This document shows positions 57,909 through 64,000 of a DNA stretch of 64,000 nt, piece after piece; position 1 is the first letter of the stretch; the number at the start of each line of letters is the position of its first letter. The DNA comes from an uncultured Lachnospiraceae bacterium (GTDB lineage Bacteria > Bacillota > Clostridia > Lachnospirales > Lachnospiraceae). A program made the position numbers and the translations under genes. Under the pieces are notes generated by a model, which saw nothing but the letters and a program-made list of their open reading frames with translations, was not told where the DNA came from and did no database searches. The stretch spans positions 20,209 through 84,208 of the forward strand of contig CANQTF010000008.1 in the NCBI GenBank assembly GCA_947626745.1, in the 5' to 3' direction.

Positions 57909-59753
57909 TTACTGCTGTTTGGCCGCCGCGGAGATCGCGGCCCTCTTTCTGAGGGTCGGGTCAAGGATCTTCTTGCGGATACGCAGGTTCTGCGGCGTCA
58001 CTTCCAAGAGCTCGTCCGTGTCAATGAATTCCAAAGCCTGTTCCAGACTCAATACCTTCGGCGGCGTCAGGCGGAGCGCCTCGTCCGCGCTGGAGGAACG
58101 GGTGTTGGTCAACTGCTTTTTCTTGCACACATTCAGCTCGATGTCCTCGCCGCGGCCGCTCTGGCCGACGACCATGCCGGCGTACACCTTCGTGCCCGGC
58201 CCGATGAACAGCGTGCCGCGCTCCTGCGCGTTGAACAGCCCGTAGGTGATCGCTTCGCCCGCCTCGAAGGCGATCAGCGAGCCCTGCTTGCGGTACTGGA
58301 TATCTCCCTTGTACGGGCCGTAGCCGTCGAAGATCGTATTCATGATGCCGTTGCCCTTCGTGTCCGTCATAAATTCGCCGCGGTAGCCGATCAGCCCGCG
58401 GGAGGGAATGGCAAATTCCAGCCGGCTGTATCCGCCGGAAGACATTCCCATATTCAGCAGTTCCCCTTTTCGCTGGCTCAGCTTCTCGATCACCGTGCCG
58501 GAAAATTCCTCCGGCACGTCGATATAGCAAAGCTCCATGGGCTCTGTCTTCTTGCCGTTCTCGTCCGTCTTATAGAGCACTTCCGCCTTGCTGACCGCAA
58601 ATTCGTACCCTTCGCGCCGCATGTTTTCGATCAGGACCGACAGGTGGAGCTCGCCGCGCCCGGACACCTTGAAGGTCTCCGTCGAGTCCGTCTCCTCCAC
58701 GCGCAGCGACACGTCCGTGTTCAGTTCACGGAACAGCCTGTCGCGCAGATGCCGGCTGGTCACGTACTTGCCCTCCTGCCCGGCCAGAGGCGAGTCGTTG
58801 ACGATGAAGTGCATGGCGATCGTCGGCTCGGAGATCTTCTGGAAGGGAATGGGCGCGGGATGCTCGGGAGAGCACAGCGTGTCGCCGATATGGATATCCG
58901 CAATGCCGGAGATCGCCACGATAGAGCCGATGTCGGCTTCCTTGACCTCCACCTTGTTCAGCCCGTCAAATTCATACAGCTTGCTGATCTTGACCTTCTG
59001 CAGCTTGTCGGGGTCGTGGTGGTTGACGATGACGACCTCCTGATTGACCCTGACGGTGCCGTTGTCCACCTTGCCGACGCCGATGCGCCCCACGTACTCA
59101 TTGTAATCGATCGTGCTGATGAGGATCTGGGTGCCCGCGTCGGGATCGCCCTCGGGAGCGGGAATGTGCTCCAGTATCGTGTCGAAGAGCGGCGTCATGT
59201 CCTTTCCCTTGACGGTGAGCTGCGTGCTCGCCGTGCCCGCCTTGGCGGAAGCGTAGACAAAGGGACAGTCGAGCTGCTTGTCATTCGCGTCCAGATCCAT
59301 AAGAAGCTCCAGCACCTCATCGACGACCTGAATGGGTCGCGCCTCCGGCCGGTCGCACTTGTTGATGCAGACGATGACGGACAGGTCGAGCTCCAGGGCC
59401 TTTTTCAGCACGAATTTGGTCTGCGGCATAGGGCCTTCAAAGGCGTCCACCACCAGAATGACGCCGTTCACCATTTTGAGGACGCGCTCCACCTCGCCGC
59501 CGAAATCCGCGTGGCCGGGCGTGTCGATGATGTTGATCTTTACGCCCTTGTACATGACGGCGGTATTCTTGGACAGGATCGTGATCCCGCGCTCTTTCTC
59601 GAGATCGCCGGAGTCCATGACGCGCTCCGCCACCTCCTGATTTTCCCTGAAGACACCGCTCTGCTTCAGCAGCTCGTCCACAAGCGTGGTCTTGCCGTGA
59701 TCGACATGGGCGATGATCGCTATATTCCTGACATCTTCTCTTGTCTTCTTCAT
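57909..59753 (-). CDS. typA: Translational GTPase TypA/BipA
   Basis: [45 protein letters not shown]. Confidence 0.97.
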   Translation of the reverse strand: MKKTREDVRNIAIIAHVDHGKTTLVDELLKQSGVFRENQEVAERVMDSGDLEKERGITILSKNTAVMYKGVKINIIDTPGHADFGGEVERVLKMVNGVILVVDAFEGPMPQTKFVLKKALELDLSVIVCINKCDRPEARPIQVVDEVLELLMDLDANDKQLDCPFVYASAKAGTASTQLTVKGKDMTPLFDTILEHIPAPEGDPDAGTQILISTIDYNEYVGRIGVGKVDNGTVRVNQEVVIVNHHDPDKLQKVKISKLYEFDGLNKVEVKEADIGSIVAISGIADIHIGDTLCSPEHPAPIPFQKISEPTIAMHFIVNDSPLAGQEGKYVTSRHLRDRLFRELNTDVSLRVEETDSTETFKVSGRGELHLSVLIENMRREGYEFAVSKAEVLYKTDENGKKTEPMELCYIDVPEEFSGTVIEKLSQRKGELLNMGMSSGGYSRLEFAIPSRGLIGYRGEFMTDTKGNGIMNTIFDGYGPYKGDIQYRKQGSLIAFEAGEAITYGLFNAQERGTLFIGPGTKVYAGMVVGQSGRGEDIELNVCKKKQLTNTRSSSADEALRLTPPKVLSLEQALEFIDTDELLEVTPQNLRIRKKILDPTLRKRAAISAAAKQQ

Positions 59754-60000
59754 ATCTTACCGTGCCTTTCTAGCAGAATGACTCTTGTTCAAACTGAATT
59801 AGTATAACACTATCTTATTTGGTATGCAAGTGCGGCCGCGCCCGCCGCCATTTTCCTTTTTTCGACCCGCCGGCGCATAATTGCGCGACCCTTTACAGTT
59901 CTATTTTGGAGAAAACTCCTATATATTGATATTACAATACTAAAAGGAGTCCTGCGCTCGTTTCCGCGCGGCGGCTCTACAGGGTAGAAGGGAGAAAAAC

Positions 60001-60636
60001 ATGACAGATAAGGTTATTGAAAACAACCAGGCGGCTATTATGGGGGAGATCGTGAGCGATTTTACCTTCAGCCATGAGATTTTCGGAGAGGGCTTCTATA
60101 TGGTCGATATCCGCGTGGACCGGCTGAGCGATTCCACGGATATCATTCCGGTGATGGTGTCCGAGAGGCTTCTCGATGTGAACGAGGACTACAAGGGTAT
60201 GAAGATCAGCATCACGGGACAGTTCCGCTCTTATAACAGACATGAGGAGAGAAAGAACAGGCTGGTGCTGTCCGTTTTTGCGCGCGAGATCGAATTTGTG
60301 GACGAGATCGCGGAGAGCGCCAAAACAAATCAGATTTTTCTTGACGGCTATATCTGCAAAGAGCCGATCTACCGCAAGACACCTCTCGGGAGGGAGATCG
60401 CGGACCTGCTTCTGGCGGTGAACAGACCGTACGGCAAATCCGATTATATCCCGTGCATCTGCTGGGGCCGCAACGCCAGATTTGCCAGCAATTTCGAGGT
60501 GGGGAGCCGCTGCGCCGTCTGGGGGCGCATCCAGAGCAGGGAATATATGAAAAAGCTGTCCGAGGACCAGCTGGAGAGAAGGGTCGCTTATGAGGTGTCC
60601 GTCAGCAAGCTGGAAATAGTGGAGGAAGAAGCGTAG
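60001..60636 (+). CDS. ssb: Tandem two-OB-fold single-stranded DNA-binding protein
   Basis: Two OB repeats (RLSDSTDIIP..GQFRSY; RKTPLGREIAD..AVNR..SDYIPCICWG..GRIQSREY). Confidence 0.85.
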   Translation: MTDKVIENNQAAIMGEIVSDFTFSHEIFGEGFYMVDIRVDRLSDSTDIIPVMVSERLLDVNEDYKGMKISITGQFRSYNRHEERKNRLVLSVFAREIEFVDEIAESAKTNQIFLDGYICKEPIYRKTPLGREIADLLLAVNRPYGKSDYIPCICWGRNARFASNFEVGSRCAVWGRIQSREYMKKLSEDQLERRVAYEVSVSKLEIVEEEA

Positions 60637-60743
60637 CGCCCAAATGCAAAGGAAAAGTTGCACTGAGATCACAATTGTGCTATGATTGACAAAATCGATC
60701 AAGATACATAACACGGTTTGTGAGGGAATAGTGAGGAAACTAT

Positions 60744-61250
60744 ATGAGAGACGGCATGATTCAGATCTATAGCGGAGAAGGCCATGGAAAATCCCCGGCG
60801 GCGCTGGGAAGAGCGATACAGACTGCATGTAACGGCGGCAATGTGGTGATCATACAGTTTTTGAAGGGACGCGGACTGGCGGAATCGGAGTTCGTGAAGC
60901 GTCTGGAACCGGAGATCAAGATCTTCCGCTTTGAGAAGTGCGAGGAGGATTTTCGGAATCTGGAGAAAGAGCGTCAGGCGGAGGAGTGCCAGAATATCAG
61001 AAACGGCCTTAACTTTGCCAAAAAGGTGATGAATACGGGGGAGTGCTCCCTGCTGATCCTCGACGAGGTGCTGGGGCTTATCGACAACGGCATCATCACG
61101 GTAGACGAGCTGAACGGTCTGCTTCGCTCCAAGCCGGACGACATGGACATCATCATGACGGGGATCTCCCTGAACGACGAGGCGTGTCTTTTGGCGGACG
61201 AGGTGACGAAGGTCGAAACGATGCGGTTTCAAGATAAAACAGGGGAATAG
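60744..61250 (+). CDS. Cob(I)yrinic acid a,c-diamide adenosyltransferase-like (CobO/BtuR family)
   Basis: IQIYSGEGHGKS..ALG, IQFLKG, LILDEV, IIMTG. Confidence 0.85.
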   Translation: MRDGMIQIYSGEGHGKSPAALGRAIQTACNGGNVVIIQFLKGRGLAESEFVKRLEPEIKIFRFEKCEEDFRNLEKERQAEECQNIRNGLNFAKKVMNTGECSLLILDEVLGLIDNGIITVDELNGLLRSKPDDMDIIMTGISLNDEACLLADEVTKVETMRFQDKTGE

Positions 61251-61303
61251 ACGGTTGACAGACAAGCCGGTATAGTGCTATGATGATGACAATAAAATAA
61301 TGC

Positions 61304-61472
61304 ACGAGATAGAGGTTGCGTTTTTCATCAGTAGGGATCCTGACGTGACAGGCACGGACGAGGGATCGTGAAAGGGGAAAGCGCCGAAAGGGAGGGCCGC
61401 CTGTGAGTCCTTGCCTTGGGCACACAGTTAAGAGCTGTGTGACTGTCATCGAATGATGGGGCGCTATCGGTT
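61304..61472 (+). ncRNA. Lysine riboswitch
   Basis: GATAGAGGTTGC...AGTA...GAAAGG...GCCGAA...ACTGTC...GGGGCGCTATC core; hairpin 61485-61510 downstream; upstream of dapA. Confidence 0.92.
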
Positions 61473-61588
61473 AATCCTAGAATCAAAGCCGGCCCTGTGT
61501 GGCCGGCTTTCCTGCGCGAACGAGCGATGCGCAGTATCGCGAGTCCGCTTATGAGCGGGAAGACCCTGAACCCCGGGAAGGAGCAAGT

Positions 61589-62473
61589 ATGGCAATTTTT
61601 AAAGGAGCGGGTGTGGCGATCGTCACGCCGTTTCACGAGGACGGAAGCATCAATTATGAGAAGTTTGAAGAGCTGGTGGAAGAACAGATCGCCGGCGGCA
61701 CAGACGCGATCATCGTCTGCGGCACCACGGGCGAGGCGTCCACGCTGACCCATGAGGAGCATCTGGATCTGATCCGGTTCTGCGCGGAGAAGGTAAAAGG
61801 CAGGATCCCCGTCATAGCGGGTACCGGATCAAACTGCACGGACACGGCGGTGTATCTCTCCACCGAGGCGGAGAAATACGGCGTGGACGGGCTGCTTGTC
61901 GTGACGCCCTACTACAATAAGGCGACGCAGAACGGGCTGTTCCTGCACTACAAGAAGATCGCGGATTCGGTGAAGCTGCCGATCATCATGTACAATGTGC
62001 CGAGCCGGACGGGCTGCAACATCATGCCGCAGACGGCCGTGTGGCTGTGTACGGAGGTCAGCAATATCGTAGGCATCAAGGAAGCCAGCGGCAATATCTC
62101 GCAGGTCGTGAAGCTGATGTCGCTGGCGGAGGGCAGGATAGATCTGTATTCCGGCAACGACGATCAGGTAGTGCCGCTGATGTCGCTTGGCGGTCTCGGC
62201 GTGATCTCCGTCGTATCCAACGTGGCGCCGAGGCAGATGCATGATATGTGCCGCATGTTTTTTGACGGCGATACGGCCGGCAGCGCAAAGGAGCAGCTGC
62301 GGCTGATCGAGTTGAGCGACGCGCTGTTCTGCGAGGTGAATCCGATCCCGGTGAAGACGGCGATGAACCTGATGGGCAAGAAGGTCGGCCCGCTGCATAT
62401 GCCTCTCTCGGAGATGGAGCCGAAGAATGTGGAGATCTTAAGGACAGCGATGAAGAACTACGGGCTTTTATAA
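61589..62473 (+). CDS. dapA: 4-hydroxy-tetrahydrodipicolinate synthase
   Basis: VAIVTPF, GTTGE, IAGTGSN, VTPYYNK, YNVPSRT, GIKEA. Confidence 0.97.
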   Translation: MAIFKGAGVAIVTPFHEDGSINYEKFEELVEEQIAGGTDAIIVCGTTGEASTLTHEEHLDLIRFCAEKVKGRIPVIAGTGSNCTDTAVYLSTEAEKYGVDGLLVVTPYYNKATQNGLFLHYKKIADSVKLPIIMYNVPSRTGCNIMPQTAVWLCTEVSNIVGIKEASGNISQVVKLMSLAEGRIDLYSGNDDQVVPLMSLGGLGVISVVSNVAPRQMHDMCRMFFDGDTAGSAKEQLRLIELSDALFCEVNPIPVKTAMNLMGKKVGPLHMPLSEMEPKNVEILRTAMKNYGLL

Positions 62474-62562
62474 AACTGGAACAGAGAGTGTCTGCCGGCA
62501 GCGTCATGATCTACGGCAGACACTTTTCGTCGGAGTGAAAGAAACGTGAACGGAGGGAAATT

Positions 62563-63321
62563 ATGACAAGAGTGATCATGCATGGCTGCAACGGCAAGAT
62601 GGGTCAGACCATATCGGGACTGATCGCGGCGGACGATGAGATAGAGATCGTGGCGGGCGTGGACGCCTGTGACGACGGGCGAAATCCGTACCCCGTATTC
62701 GGCGCTGTCGGCGCGTGCGACGTGGCGGCGGACGCCATTATTGATTTCAGCGCCGCTGCTGCGGTGGATGCCCTGCTGGACTACAGCGTGGAGAGACAGA
62801 TCCCCTGCGTGCTGTGTACCACAGGGCTGTCCGAGGAGCAGCTCGCCAAGGTGAAAGAGGCGTCCGGCAAGGTGGCGATCTTAAAGTCCGCGAATATGTC
62901 CCTCGGTATCAATATGCTGCTGAAGCTGCTGAAGGACGCGGCGGGTATCCTTGCGCCGGCGGGTTTTGATATTGAGATCGTGGAGAAGCACCACAATCAG
63001 AAGGTGGATGCGCCCAGCGGGACGGCGCTTGCGCTGGCGGACTCTATCAATGAGGAATTGGGCGGCGCATACCGGTATGTCTGTGACAGAAGTCAGGTGC
63101 GCGAAAAGAGGACGAAGCAGGAGATCGGCATCAGCGCGGTCAGGGGCGGCACGATCGTCGGGGACCACGACGTGATCTTTGCCGGGGCGGACGAGGTCGT
63201 CACCTTTTCACACAGGGCCTACTCTAAGGCAGTGTTTGGCAAAGGAGCGATCCAAGCGGCAAAATTTCTTGCGGGCAAGCCTGCGGGACTGTATGATATG
63301 AGCGATGTGATCAACGGATAA
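62563..63321 (+). CDS. dapB: 4-hydroxy-tetrahydrodipicolinate reductase
   Basis: GCNGKMG, IDFS, EKHHNQKVDAPSGTA, VRGGTIVGDH. Confidence 0.97.
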   Translation: MTRVIMHGCNGKMGQTISGLIAADDEIEIVAGVDACDDGRNPYPVFGAVGACDVAADAIIDFSAAAAVDALLDYSVERQIPCVLCTTGLSEEQLAKVKEASGKVAILKSANMSLGINMLLKLLKDAAGILAPAGFDIEIVEKHHNQKVDAPSGTALALADSINEELGGAYRYVCDRSQVREKRTKQEIGISAVRGGTIVGDHDVIFAGADEVVTFSHRAYSKAVFGKGAIQAAKFLAGKPAGLYDMSDVING

Positions 63322-63376
63322 AACTATGACATCATAGGAGAGTTTTGACACACGATAACGATGTGCGGAGGGATTC

Positions 63377-64000
63377 ATGGACGAGTTAGAGTTAAAATAT
63401 CTGAAAAGTTTATCCAAGCAGTATCCGACTATCGCCGCGGCTTCCACGGAGATCATCAACCTGCAGGCGATCCTGAACCTGCCGAAGGGTACGGAGCACT
63501 TCATGACGGACGTACACGGCGAGTACGAGCAGTTCAACCATATCCTGAAGAACGGCTCGGGGTCTGTGCGGCGCACCATTGACGAGGAGTTCGGCAACAC
63601 GCTGAGCATCAAGGACAAGAAGAGTCTGGCGACACTGATCTATTATCCGCGGGAGAAGCTGGAACTGATCGAGCGCGAGGAAGATGAAAATTCTATCGAG
63701 GACTGGTACAAGATCACACTGCACAGGCTGGTGCAGATCACGAAGCGCGTCTCTTCCAAGTACACCCGCTCCAAGGTGCGCAAGGCGCTGCCGGCGGATT
63801 TCGCCTATATCATAGAGGAGCTGATCACAGAGAAGGCGGAGATCCAGGACAAGGAAGCGTACTATAACGAGATCATTCACACGATCATAAGGATCGGCAG
63901 GGCGCAGGAGTTCATCATAGCGCTGAGCTTCCTGATCCAGCGGCTCGTCATCGATCATCTCCACATCGTGGGCGATATCTATGACAGAGGGCCGGGGCCG
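63377..64000 (+). CDS. fbp: Fructose-1,6-bisphosphatase class III (3' truncated by window edge)
   Basis: [59 protein letters not shown]. Confidence 0.93.
   Translation, partial: MDELELKYLKSLSKQYPTIAAASTEIINLQAILNLPKGTEHFMTDVHGEYEQFNHILKNGSGSVRRTIDEEFGNTLSIKDKKSLATLIYYPREKLELIEREEDENSIEDWYKITLHRLVQITKRVSSKYTRSKVRKALPADFAYIIEELITEKAEIQDKEAYYNEIIHTIIRIGRAQEFIIALSFLIQRLVIDHLHIVGDIYDRGPGP

Noticed and set aside
62484-62527. Hairpin between dapA and dapB as a mobile element
   Set aside because: Simple 14-bp stem; adequately explained as a weak terminator or mRNA stabiliser

Overview
Chromosomal window from a spore-forming, Lachnospiraceae-like clostridial genome. This assignment is inferred from the spoIIAA-spoIIAB-sigF operon, a T-box upstream of valS, a lysine riboswitch upstream of dapA-dapB, a class III FBPase and a Firmicutes-type LexA box. 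Nearly all genes are on the + strand. The housekeeping scaffold comprises gltB(partial)-gltD, asnA, livKHMGF, valS, folC, spoIIA, pbp1A, mgtE, typA, ssb, dapAB and fbp(partial). Accessory modules are: two type II toxin-antitoxin pairs; an Rpn-family nuclease with an apparent intragenic antitoxin start; a radical-SAM/DUF4130 pair behind an SOS box; a PadR-DUF1700-DUF4097-PspC plus ECF sigma/anti-sigma envelope cluster; a phosphorelay of two hybrid kinases (one fused to a DegV fatty-acid-binding domain) with an HD-GYP output; and a five-gene CP-ATP-grasp/alpha-E/transglutaminase operon with one active and one apparently dead M14 peptidase behind an ANTAR-like leader. Several intergenic regions hold highly structured, MITE/REP-like palindromic elements, including a 133-bp insertion with an 11-bp direct repeat inside a TA operon. 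No rRNA, tRNA or CRISPR array was seen. All calls rest on visual motif recognition; no database searches were run.
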